DNA of 64,000 bases, taken from Oscillospiraceae bacterium. GTDB taxonomy: Bacteria > Bacillota > Clostridia > Oscillospirales > Oscillospiraceae. Every line of letters begins with the position of its first letter. The first letter of the stretch is position 1. Made by a program: the position numbers and the translations under genes. Of the stretch, positions 1-8,525 are shown in pieces. The stretch is from assembly GCA_017541995.1 (NCBI GenBank), contig JAFXYD010000070.1, positions 508 through 64,507 on the forward strand. The letters are read 5' to 3'. The notes beneath the pieces were generated by a model. That model was not told where the DNA came from. It saw nothing but the letters and a program-made list of their open reading frames with translations, and did no database searches.

Positions 1-1
1 T

Positions 2-1381
2 GATGCCGACGCGAAAAACACTTTTGAGTACCAGGACTATGAAAACAATCCCACGAAGCAGAACGCAACGGAATTCATCGACGCCTTCATCGAGCGCAAC
101 GCGGATCGGGTGGAGGAGATCGATAAGCTGGTGAAGTACATGGCGGAGCGACCCAGCGTGGAGAAGCTGGGACCTCACGGGCTCTTCAATCAGTACGATG
201 ACAAAATTGATTTGGATTCCGTAGCGGAGGAAGTCGGTCAGCACCAGGGAGTTGTCTGGACTCACGTGGTCAGTCTGCATCGGGAAGACGCGGAGCGCCT
301 CGGTTATAACAAAGCAGATGTCTGGAAGGATCTGGTGCGCCGAAACATGACGGAGCTGGCGAGAGCTCACAAAATTGATCTGGACCAGCTCCAATGGTAC
401 GCAGCCTTCCACAATACGACGCACCATCCCCATATCCATCTGCTGGTCTATTCCAGGGATCCCAGGCAGGGCTGGCTCTCCAAGAAAGGCATCGACGAGC
501 TGCGAAATGTATTCGGAAATGATATCTTCCGCTTTGAGCAGCAGAAGCTGTTTCGGATGGAGACGGAGCTGCGGGATAAGCTGAAGGACGAGGTGGAGGA
601 GGATCTGTTCCAAAAGGTCGTTGACGCAAGGGACAGCTATGCACCGACACCGGAGGCTGCGCTGCTGCTTCGCAAACTGGCGGCCCAGTTGAAAAAGCAG
701 TCCGGCAAGAAGGTCTATGCTTATCTTCCGAAAGAGGTCAAGCAGACCGTGGATCAGATCGTGGCGGAGCTGGCAAAGAGCGATGGGATCTCAGGCCTCT
801 ACAAAGAGTGGAACAAGATCAACCGGGAGAAGCTGTCTCTCTACCGGGAGAAGAAGGAGCCGGACCTTCCGTTGGAAGACAACCCGGAATTCAGGAGCAT
901 CAAGAACAAGATCATAAAAGCGGTGCTGGAGCTGCCTCTGCCGGAGGATTATGATTTCGCTTCCGAAGCTGACCTTCATGCAACAGAGGAAGAGCTGAAA
1001 TATGCTGCCCAGGCAGAGAAGCAGGGGGAGCATTTCTATCCTCTGCATGATGGATCAGTGACGCCAGTGATGCCGGTGACGGAAGTGACGCAAATGACGG
1101 AAAATCGCGGCGCTACGTATGCGGCACTGTATCACACGGAATTTGTGTTCGCAAAGGACCATTCCAGCGGCGTGAAGGTTCCGTCTTGTATTCCGAAAGC
1201 ACTGATCGGAATAGCCTCCGCCCTGGCTTGGATGATGGGAGAGAGCCAGCACCGGAGGCTCAGCAAGCTCCGCACCCAGGTGGATCATAAGCTGCGATCC
1301 AAGATTGAGGAAAAGAAACGAGCCCACGGCCTGAAAACAGATGGCAGCGTACAGGAATATGATCCGGAGCAGAGTATGTAG
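2..1381 (+). CDS. MOBP-type (MobL-like) relaxase/mobilization protein, 5'-truncated by window edge
   Basis: Frame is open from nt 2, with no stop before the listed GTG at 110. His-rich relaxase motif AAFHNTTHHPHIHLLVYS. GC visibly lower than the downstream chromosome. Confidence 0.7.
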   Translation, partial: DADAKNTFEYQDYENNPTKQNATEFIDAFIERNADRVEEIDKLVKYMAERPSVEKLGPHGLFNQYDDKIDLDSVAEEVGQHQGVVWTHVVSLHREDAERLGYNKADVWKDLVRRNMTELARAHKIDLDQLQWYAAFHNTTHHPHIHLLVYSRDPRQGWLSKKGIDELRNVFGNDIFRFEQQKLFRMETELRDKLKDEVEEDLFQKVVDARDSYAPTPEAALLLRKLAAQLKKQSGKKVYAYLPKEVKQTVDQIVAELAKSDGISGLYKEWNKINREKLSLYREKKEPDLPLEDNPEFRSIKNKIIKAVLELPLPEDYDFASEADLHATEEELKYAAQAEKQGEHFYPLHDGSVTPVMPVTEVTQMTENRGATYAALYHTEFVFAKDHSSGVKVPSCIPKALIGIASALAWMMGESQHRRLSKLRTQVDHKLRSKIEEKKRAHGLKTDGSVQEYDPEQSM

Positions 1382-1941
1382 CATGAATGCAGCTGAAAAA
1401 AGCTCAATATGCGGAAGCGGTTTTGTCCCCTTTTAGAACTCTGCGAACCCGCGTAAAATCAGGGCTTTTTGAACCTCATTTTGAAGGGGTGGTATAGGTA
1501 TACTACCCAGCCCATAGCAACGGGATTGTGAAAGGAATTGCAGTATACCACAGCAACGGAAAACTGTCAATGAAAAAGCCCTTCTGAAGAACGAAAAAGC
1601 AATTTCGCCATAGAACCAGAGTATGGCGTGAACGGCTCTGTCAGCCCCGTGTTGGCCCTGTGTGCGATTTGTTTCGGAAGCTAGGGTAGAGACACTACCT
1701 CCGAACGAAAAAACGGACAATTCAGAACACCAGCTATATTCTGGTTTTTGGGAAGCGGTCAAGAATTGATACGCTAAACAAAGAGGAATGATTTTTAGGA
1801 TGAGCCCACGATGGAAATCAGGACAATGAGAAACGTAAAACGGAAATTGATAAATTTCTGTGTCGTGTGGGTCTTTCGCTGGATATTCCGGTGTTGGATG
1901 GTATAATGTCGTGTTACCAAACAAAAGGAAGGTGACACCAA

Positions 1942-3144
1942 GTGGCAAAAAGAAGAGCAGCCGGAGAAGGCAACATCCGCAAACGGAAGGATGGACGCTG
2001 GGAAGGGCGCTACACCGCAGGGCATGATCCCGATACCGGCAAGGCCATCGTCAAGAATGTGCTGGGCAAGACCCAGGCGGAGGTAAAACAGAAGCTGAAG
2101 GAAGCGATTGCGGTCAGCGAGAAGCTGGACATTCCGCGCTCCGGGAAGTACACCCTTGGAGCCTGGATCACCCAATGGTTCGAAGTCTACTCCAAGCCGA
2201 ATCTCCGCCCCAGCACAGCCCGGTATTATAAAATGTTCATCGACCAGCATGTGGTTCCGAAGCTGGGGAGCGTCAAGCTCTCGGAGCTGCGGCCTATGCA
2301 AATCCAGAAGTTCTATAACGATCTGCGCACCGGCGGACGGGTGCGGGAGGTGCAGAAGGAAAAGAACCCAGGCTTAAGCGGTTCCTACATCCGTGGGATT
2401 CATACCATGCTCCATACTTGCCTGGATGCGGCTGTGCAGGAGAAGCTGATTCTCTCCAATCCTGTGAATGATTGCAAGCCGCCCAAGATCGAGCGGAAAG
2501 AAATGAAAACCTTAGAGCCGGAGCAGGTACAGGCCTATCTGAAAGCAGCGGACGCCAGAGGTTTGCTTCCCATGTTCTTCCTGGAGCTGACCACCGGCCT
2601 GCGAAAGAGTGAATTGGTAGCCCTGCTCTGGACCGATGTGAACTGGAAGGACCGGACCCTATCCGTCAGCAAGCAGGCCTATAAGATCGACGGAAAGATG
2701 ACGGTGATGCCGCCAAAGACCGGAAACTCCACCCGGAAGATTGCCCTGTCGGAGGAGCTGTTGGACATGCTCCGACAGCAGAAAGCGGCCTTCCCGGAAA
2801 GCGAATATATCTTCAGCTCACCGGTTACCGGCGAAATGTATCATCCCGATTCTGTGGTGAACCTCCATAAGAAGATCCTAAAAGAAGCGGGCCTGGAGCA
2901 CATTCGCTTCCATGATCTCCGCCACACCTTCGCAACGCTGGCCTTACAGAACGGCGTGGACGTGAAAACCGTCTCCGCCATGCTGGGCCACAGCAGCGCG
3001 GGCTTCACCCTGGCCACCTACACCCACACCACCACCGCAGCCCAGCACCAGGCAGCGGCCATCATGGGAAATCTGGTCAGCACAGGCATCCAGGAGCCGA
3101 CAGAAGCAGAGCCCGCAATCCGAATCGTGGGAGACGCGGGATGA
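1942..3144 (+). CDS. tyrosine-type site-specific integrase
   Basis: C-terminal catalytic region IRFHDLRHTFATLALQNGVDVKTVSAMLGHSSAGFTLATYTH (HxxR ... Y), N-terminal SAM-like domain, GTG start, adjacent to a tRNA gene. Confidence 0.9.
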   Translation: MAKRRAAGEGNIRKRKDGRWEGRYTAGHDPDTGKAIVKNVLGKTQAEVKQKLKEAIAVSEKLDIPRSGKYTLGAWITQWFEVYSKPNLRPSTARYYKMFIDQHVVPKLGSVKLSELRPMQIQKFYNDLRTGGRVREVQKEKNPGLSGSYIRGIHTMLHTCLDAAVQEKLILSNPVNDCKPPKIERKEMKTLEPEQVQAYLKAADARGLLPMFFLELTTGLRKSELVALLWTDVNWKDRTLSVSKQAYKIDGKMTVMPPKTGNSTRKIALSEELLDMLRQQKAAFPESEYIFSSPVTGEMYHPDSVVNLHKKILKEAGLEHIRFHDLRHTFATLALQNGVDVKTVSAMLGHSSAGFTLATYTHTTTAAQHQAAAIMGNLVSTGIQEPTEAEPAIRIVGDAG

Positions 3145-3456
3145 TGAACGCATCATTCTTGCCTGGAGAATTGGGCGGAGAAGCAGCAACAAAGCATCAC
3201 GGTCAAAAACTGCACTGCAATAATCAAAGAGAAGCCATTCCCGAGAGGGAAAGCCCAAAGAAATACGCCGAGACGCCGGTTGGCAATGATCCGACCGGCG
3301 TCTCGTTTGTCCCTTTCTGCCCGTTTCCGGGCCTTTCCGCATTTTATCCCCGTATGGGTCAGATCTGGGTCAAAGGTCTGACCCATTCGCTGACCCAGAT
3401 TGTTTTGAAGGCAAAGTGGAGGAAAAACGCGATTTTTGGGGCTGTTTTGGAGCAAA

Positions 3457-3486
3457 ACACCCGATTTTCTTACGAAAATCGGGTGT
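3457..3486 (-). terminator. hairpin immediately 3' of tRNA-Thr
   Basis: Perfect 12-bp stem ACACCCGATTTT / AAAATCGGGTGT with a 6-nt loop, 4 nt after the tRNA CCA end on the minus strand. Only a short T run follows. Confidence 0.5.
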
Positions 3487-3489
3487 CAG

Positions 3490-3565
3490 TGGAGCTACTG
3501 GCCGGACTTGAACCGGCGACCTGCTGATTACGAATCAGCTGCTCTACCGACTGAGCCACAGTAGC
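3490..3565 (-). tRNA. tRNA-Thr (anticodon CGU), encoded CCA
   Basis: Reverse complement folds as a cloverleaf: acceptor GCTACTG/CAGTAGC, D stem GCTC/GAGC, anticodon stem GCTGA/TCAGC with loop TTCGTAA, T stem GCCGG/CCGGC with loop TTCAAGT, discriminator T plus CCA. Confidence 0.9.
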
Positions 3566-3585
3566 GTATTTGATTTAGCTGATAT

Positions 3586-3614
3586 ATATTAGCATACTTT
3601 TGCATGCTCGTCAA
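3586..3614 (-). promoter_or_regulatory. sigma-A type promoter for tRNA-Thr
   Basis: On the minus strand: TTGACG, 17 nt, TAATAT, about 20 nt upstream of the tRNA 5' end. Confidence 0.6.
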
Positions 3615-3716
3615 GGGAAAAATGGACAAATAAAGAAAAATTGGATCAATAAATATCGGACAAAGATAGAGAAATCGGACATAGAAAGAAAATAATGAAT
3701 GATTCAGCTTTTTTTC

Positions 3717-3745
3717 TTGCAATCTCTGCAAGCGAATGGTAAACT
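3717..3745 (+). promoter_or_regulatory. candidate promoter of the ABC-F leader transcript
   Basis: TTGCAA, 17-nt spacer ending in TGG (extended -10), TAAACT. Confidence 0.5.
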
Positions 3746-3764
3746 ATAGATACAGACAAGGAAC

Positions 3765-4037
3765 GGAGGGATAAGATGCGCTGAGTTTTCCTGACTCGAT
3801 GATACGGCGCGGGGCGGCGGGGAGCCGTCCGGTTTGGTGCGCCGTGGGCAGGAAAGCACTGCGCTGCGTCCGCCTGAAATAGGGGCAGAAGGGCTGCAAG
3901 CGGGGTTCTTGCAGCCGTTTTTCTGTTTTTTGGCATTCCGGTGGCGCACTGCTTGCATAAGTTCCGGCAAGCAAATCTGAGATTTGGGCCGTCACTTAAC
4001 TGTGCGCCGCTGCAGGTGTGTGACAGGAGGAATATTT
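3765..4037 (+). promoter_or_regulatory. ABC-F leader: 2-codon uORF (ATG CGC TGA, 3776-3784) plus intrinsic terminator/attenuator (3892-3931)
   Basis: GGAGGG lies 5 nt before ATG CGC TGA. Hairpin GGCTGCAAG-CGGGGTT-CTTGCAGCC is followed by GTTTTTCTGTTTTTT, about 105 nt upstream of the ABC-F start. Alternative pairing segments exist (GTGGCGCAC 3940-3948 with GTGCGCCGC 4004-4012). Confidence 0.55.
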
Positions 4038-5540
4038 ATGGCATTGATCTCCGTTCAGGATCTGACTTTTGGATATGACGGCAGCCCGGAGCTGCTGTTT
4101 GAGCATGTGAGTTTTCAATTGGACACCGACTGGCGGCTGGGCTTTGTGGGGCGGAACGGGCGCGGGAAGACCACCTTCCTGCGGCTGCTCATGGGGCAGT
4201 ACGAGTACCGGGGCTCCATCAGCGCGCCGGTGGCCTTCGACTATTTCCCCTTCCCGGTGGAGGACGAGGAGGAAACGGGAGAGGATATCGCGGCGCGCTG
4301 CTGTCCGGGGCTCCAGCGCTGGCGGCTGCTGCGGGAGCTGGGGAAGCTGGAGCTGGAGGAGAGCGTCCTCTTCCGACCCTTCGCCACCCTCTCCAACGGG
4401 GAGCGGACCAAGCTGCTGCTGGCGGCCCTTTTTCTGCGGGACAATCGCTTTCTGCTGATCGACGAGCCCACCAACCACCTGGACCGCCACGGCCGGGAGC
4501 TGCTGAGCCGCTATCTGGGCACGAAAAAGGGCTTCATCCTGGTCTCCCACGACCAGGCCTTCCTGGACGGCTGCGTGGACCATGTGCTGTCCATCAACCG
4601 GGCCACGATCCAGGTACAGAAGGGCAACTGCTCCACCTGGCTGGAGAGTTGCCGTCTGCGGGACGAATTCGAGCTGGCGCAGAACGCCAGGCTGAAGAAG
4701 GAGATCTCCCGGCTGGAGCAGACCGCCCGGGAGAAGGCGGGCTGGGCGGACAGATCCGAGCGGGAAAAGATCGGCTCCGGGCCGAAGGGGAACGAGATGA
4801 ACGCGGGCAGGCGGCCCTATCTGGGGGAAAAGTCCCGGAAGGCCAACAAGCGGGCTAAGGCCATCGCCGGGCGGCAGGAGGCGGCCATCGAGGAGAAGAG
4901 CCGTCTGCTGAAGGACATTGAGAAGGCCGACAGCCTGCGCCTGCCCTGTCTGCCCAGCCGCAGCGAGGTGCTGGCGGAGCTGCGGGACGTGACAGTGGAC
5001 TACGGCGAGGGCCCGGTCTTCGCCCCGGTGAGCTTCACCATCCGGGCGGGGGAGCGGCTGGAGCTCAGCGGCCCCAATGGGGCGGGAAAGACCAGCCTCC
5101 TGCGGCTGCTGACCGGGGAGGCTGCCCCGGCCTCCGGCAGCGTGCGGCTGGCGAGCGGCCTGGTGATCTCTTACTTGATGCAGGATACCGGGGGCCTCTC
5201 CGGCAGCCTGAACGACTACGCGGAGCGGCACGGTCTGGACCGGACCCTGTTTCTGACCTTCCTGCGGAAGCTGGACTTTCCCCGCAGCCAATTCGAGAAG
5301 CCCATGGAGCAGTTCAGCATGGGCCAGCGGAAGAAGGTCCTGCTGGCCCGGAGCCTCTGCGAGCCTGCCCAGCTCTATCTCTGGGACGAGCCGCTGAACT
5401 ACATCGACCTGCTCTCCCGGGGGCAGATCGAGGAGCTGCTGTTGGAGAGCCGGCCAAGCATTCTCTTTGTGGAGCACGACAGACTGTTCTGCGAGCGGGT
5501 GGCGATGGGGCGGGTAGAGCTGGAGCGGGCGGAACAATAA
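4038..5540 (+). CDS. ABC-F type ribosomal protection protein, Lsa-like (two ABC domains, no TM domain)
   Basis: AGGAGG RBS 6-7 nt before ATG 4038. N-terminus MALISVQDLTFGYDGSPELLFEHVSFQLDTDWRLGFVGRNGRGKTTFLRLL resembles the Lsa family. Second Walker A SGPNGAGKTSLLRLL. Charged inter-domain linker. Confidence 0.8.
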   Translation: MALISVQDLTFGYDGSPELLFEHVSFQLDTDWRLGFVGRNGRGKTTFLRLLMGQYEYRGSISAPVAFDYFPFPVEDEEETGEDIAARCCPGLQRWRLLRELGKLELEESVLFRPFATLSNGERTKLLLAALFLRDNRFLLIDEPTNHLDRHGRELLSRYLGTKKGFILVSHDQAFLDGCVDHVLSINRATIQVQKGNCSTWLESCRLRDEFELAQNARLKKEISRLEQTAREKAGWADRSEREKIGSGPKGNEMNAGRRPYLGEKSRKANKRAKAIAGRQEAAIEEKSRLLKDIEKADSLRLPCLPSRSEVLAELRDVTVDYGEGPVFAPVSFTIRAGERLELSGPNGAGKTSLLRLLTGEAAPASGSVRLASGLVISYLMQDTGGLSGSLNDYAERHGLDRTLFLTFLRKLDFPRSQFEKPMEQFSMGQRKKVLLARSLCEPAQLYLWDEPLNYIDLLSRGQIEELLLESRPSILFVEHDRLFCERVAMGRVELERAEQ

Positions 5541-5561
5541 AGCTGCTTCATGCATCGAAAC

Positions 5562-5625
5562 GCCACCTCATCCGCCCCAGTGTGCGCCATGGGGCACCTT
5601 CCCCTCAAGGGGAAGGCTTTTTTGG
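5562..5625. repeat. double-hairpin repeat (R7 type) that also acts as the terminator of the ABC-F gene
   Basis: GCCACCTCATCC + hairpin GCCCCA..TGGGGC + hairpin CCTTCCCC-TCAA-GGGGAAGG + CTTTTTT. The reverse complement shares 27-nt and 13-nt identical blocks with 42100-42152 inside copA. Confidence 0.75.
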
Positions 5626-5628
5626 GGG

Positions 5629-6570
5629 TCAGACGGTCAGAAGGATGTGGGCGTTGCGGAGGGCGGGGTCGGCGATATGGTCGTTGACGGAGTAGGCGTG
5701 CTTTTCCAGGTCGCCGCAAACGGCTTCGGTGAGACCCTGGTCCTGGAGGGCGGTGATGACCGCGGAGGCCAGGTTCTCCATGAGATCCTGCTTGGCCCGG
5801 GCCATGGCGGGGCCGTTGTCGGTGGTCAGCAGCAGCTCCAGGGTTTCGGCCTCGTCCGCCAGCAGGGGAAGCTGCCGCAGGGCGCGGAACTGCCATTTAT
5901 AATACGGTAAGTAGCGCTCGTTCAGCAGGAAGATCACGGCGATGGCGTGGCGGACGAATTCCCCCACGGCCAGCTGGGCCGCGGCGGGCTCCCGGTGGGC
6001 CAGGCAGCGGGGGTAGTTATACTGCCCCGCCTGGGCCATCAGCAGGAGTCTGCCCGCCAGCTTTTTGCGGCGCAGGTCGGCGGGCTGGCGGGCCAGCCGC
6101 TGCCGGAGGGCGGCGAAGACGCCGTCCCCCTCCCGGAAAAGCTGACCGCCCACGATTTCCGCCAGATACTGCTCGTCCAGGCTGAGCCAGCGCGCCGGGC
6201 TGAGGACGCCGTCCCGGGTGCCGGTGCGGGCCTCCAGAAAGTCCCCCAGCCGGATGACGCCCCGGCGATTTCCGCCCACGGGGGAGAGCCTGGGCCGGGT
6301 AAAGCCCAGATATTCCTTGGGCAGGGCGGCGTAGGCCCGTTCCATCTGAAACTCCGTTTTGCGGTCCAGAACATCCTCCTCCGGGAGGAAGATGCAGAAG
6401 CCGGGCTCAAAGTCGTGATCCTGGGAGATTTCATCGTCAAAGCCCAGGCATTCGGAGCCGCTGCCCACCAGCCCCACGGCCAGCTTATCCTCCCATTCCG
6501 GGAAGCGGGCGTGGAGCATGGGGGCGCCGAATTCCTCAAAATAGCGGCGGGAGAGTTCAAGACCCTGCAT
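5629..6570 (-). CDS. DUF4037 domain-containing protein (nucleotidyltransferase-fold like)
   Basis: N-terminus MQGLELSRRYFEEFGAPML...VGLVGSGSECLGFDDEISQDHDFEPGFCIFL matches my recollection of DUF4037. Overlaps the upstream TPR gene end. Confidence 0.65.
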   Translation of the reverse strand: MQGLELSRRYFEEFGAPMLHARFPEWEDKLAVGLVGSGSECLGFDDEISQDHDFEPGFCIFLPEEDVLDRKTEFQMERAYAALPKEYLGFTRPRLSPVGGNRRGVIRLGDFLEARTGTRDGVLSPARWLSLDEQYLAEIVGGQLFREGDGVFAALRQRLARQPADLRRKKLAGRLLLMAQAGQYNYPRCLAHREPAAAQLAVGEFVRHAIAVIFLLNERYLPYYKWQFRALRQLPLLADEAETLELLLTTDNGPAMARAKQDLMENLASAVITALQDQGLTEAVCGDLEKHAYSVNDHIADPALRNAHILLTV

Positions 6571-7378
6571 AAATCTTCTCCGAGCGTTCCTTCAGCTCCC
6601 GGGCGTCCATAAAGCGGCCGTAGTAGTCGAAGCTGGGGGCGCATTTCTCGCAGACGAAGGCGTAATAGCCGTCCCGGGGCAGGGAGGGCTCCTCCAGCAG
6701 GGCCCTGGCCCGGTCCAGGCGGGCCTCAATCTCCGCCTCGGCCTCCAAAAGGCCCTGCTCCGCCTCTGCCAGGTTTGCCAGATTCAGCTCCGTGATGGCC
6801 AGCTCCAGGGCGCCCCTGGGCTGAGTCCGCATGACGGTCAGCGCCTTCTCATACAGCGTCCGGGCCTCGGCATAGCGGCCCAGGTCTGTCAGCGCCAGAG
6901 CCATATTGTTGTACAGGCCCCCCAGCCGCCCGTCGTCGGCGGGCAGGGCCGCCTCGTAGACGACCCGGGCCTTTTCGTAGAGGGGCAGGGCTTCGTCTGC
7001 CCGGCCAAAGCGCTTGCGCACGGTGGCGGCGTTGAGCCAGGTGGTGGCGGCGGTGACGCTGCCGTCCAGACCCGTCTGCTCCACCAGCTCCAGGGCGGAG
7101 GCCAGAGCCGCCTCGGCGGCGGCCTCGTCCCCCAACTTGCGGAACAGGCCCATGCGCTCGTTTTCGATGCTCAGAAGGCCCCGCAGGTCCCGGTTTGCCA
7201 GGGCCTCCGCCTTCCAGTACTCCAGATGGCGGCGGGCGGCTTCATAGTCGTTCCGGTTCAGATACTCGTCCAGACGGGTGAAGCAGCGGCGCAGATCGAC
7301 GGGCCTGGCGCTGCCGTCGTCGGGCTTGCAGAAGATGCAGCCGGGATCCAGGTAGTCCTCGGGTCGAAGTCCGTTCAT
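6557..7378 (-). CDS. tetratricopeptide repeat (TPR) protein
   Basis: Repeated A/L/Y-rich 34-aa helical units (e.g. YNNMALALTDLGRYAEARTLYEKAL). GGAGGG RBS. Translationally overlaps the DUF4037 gene. Confidence 0.7.
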   Translation of the reverse strand: MNGLRPEDYLDPGCIFCKPDDGSARPVDLRRCFTRLDEYLNRNDYEAARRHLEYWKAEALANRDLRGLLSIENERMGLFRKLGDEAAAEAALASALELVEQTGLDGSVTAATTWLNAATVRKRFGRADEALPLYEKARVVYEAALPADDGRLGGLYNNMALALTDLGRYAEARTLYEKALTVMRTQPRGALELAITELNLANLAEAEQGLLEAEAEIEARLDRARALLEEPSLPRDGYYAFVCEKCAPSFDYYGRFMDARELKERSEKIYAGS

Positions 7379-7418
7379 GGGTCGTCCCTCCTCTGATTGA
7401 TTTTGTGCAGGAGTAAAA

Positions 7419-8525
7419 TTACTTCTTGGTGACGCCCGCTCCGTAGATCGTGGTCCAGTCGTTCTTCATGGAGATGGGCACCCAGTCAAACTGCTCGCAG
7501 AGCTCATACATCTTGTCGGCCTTCTTCTGGCTGCCGTTTTCCCGCTCCAGGTCGTCGCAGCAGAGCATGAAGGCCAGGCTCTTGTAGGGATTGTTGGTGG
7601 TGACGTACTCCGCCATGCTGGCGTCGCCGGTGCTGTTGCCGAAGCTCAAAACCGGCTGCACGCCGATCTCCTGGGCAATGACGGTGACCTTGTTCATCTT
7701 CAGATTCTTGATGAGGAACTCGCCGCCCAGCACCAGCTTGTCGGCGTCGGTGAAGACGTAGTCCAGGCCGTCGGTGTCGCCCTGGGCCGGGGCCACCAGG
7801 GTCTCGTCGGAGCCGATGATCTGGCGCATGGGGAGCTTCAGGGGAGAGTTGTCCACGATGCCCCGGACGATGAAGCGGTCGGTGCCGCTGACGACGTAGA
7901 CGGTGAAGTCGTTGGCCTGCAGATAGTCCACCACCTGGAGCATGGGCCTGTACCAGCCCTCGCCCCGCTTCATGCCCTCATAGGAGGGCATGGGCAGCTG
8001 CTTGAAGTCCTGAATGTAGGCGTTGAACTCCTCCGGGGTCATGCCGGCAAAGGAGGAGGCAATGCACTGGCCGTGATCCAGCTCCAGACCGGTGAAGGAG
8101 CTGCCGTTCAGATTCTGGTCCACGATCTTGTGGGCGGTCTCCTTCTCGAAGTCGCTGGCCTTATCTACGTAGTCCGGATCCTCCAGGACCCGGTGAACCA
8201 GCAGCATGTAGTCAAAGTAGTTGGGGTCGGTCTCGCAGAAGAGGGTGCCGTCCAGATCAAAGACGGCGATCCGGCGCTCCACGGGGATAAAGTCCGGGCC
8301 GCCCTCCCGGGTGACGGCCTCCACGTAGGAGACCAGCTGCTGCCGGGCGGCGGCGTTTTCAGTCCAGAGGGACAGGGCCTCGGCGGCGGGCTTGGCCTCC
8401 TCCCGGGCGGCGCAGGACTTCCAGCCCACGCCCAGGCCGTAGAGGGCGCTGACCACCAGCAGCAGACACAGAGCGGCGATGGCAAGGCCGCGCCAGAATT
8501 TCACTTGTTTTTCGGTTTGTTTCAT
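7419..8525 (-). CDS. membrane-anchored HAD-family hydrolase
   Basis: N-terminal TM helix, HAD motif I VFDLDGTLF, later SGT and GNSTGD motifs. Confidence 0.7.
   Translation of the reverse strand: MKQTEKQVKFWRGLAIAALCLLLVVSALYGLGVGWKSCAAREEAKPAAEALSLWTENAAARQQLVSYVEAVTREGGPDFIPVERRIAVFDLDGTLFCETDPNYFDYMLLVHRVLEDPDYVDKASDFEKETAHKIVDQNLNGSSFTGLELDHGQCIASSFAGMTPEEFNAYIQDFKQLPMPSYEGMKRGEGWYRPMLQVVDYLQANDFTVYVVSGTDRFIVRGIVDNSPLKLPMRQIIGSDETLVAPAQGDTDGLDYVFTDADKLVLGGEFLIKNLKMNKVTVIAQEIGVQPVLSFGNSTGDASMAEYVTTNNPYKSLAFMLCCDDLERENGSQKKADKMYELCEQFDWVPISMKNDWTTIYGAGVTKK

Larger units (their letters stand above)
1..3489. mobile_element. right-hand end of an integrative mobilizable/conjugative element (relaxase + integrase) abutting the 3' end of tRNA-Thr
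   Basis: Relaxase and integrase are co-oriented. GC and codon usage differ from the flanking chromosome. The integrase faces the 3' end of the tRNA at 3490. The left end lies outside the window and the exact att boundary was not determined. Confidence 0.6.

Noticed and set aside
1433-1948. 171-aa minus-strand ORF in the relaxase-integrase spacer
   Set aside because: It has no RBS and no family resemblance, and it overlaps the integrase start. The region is treated as non-coding.
3141-3527. 128-aa plus-strand ORF downstream of the integrase
   Set aside because: It runs across the tRNA-Thr gene and its terminator hairpin, and it has no RBS.
3996-5555. 519-aa minus-strand ORF
   Set aside because: It is the mirror of the ABC-F gene, which has Walker motifs and an RBS. 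The antisense product has no recognisable features.
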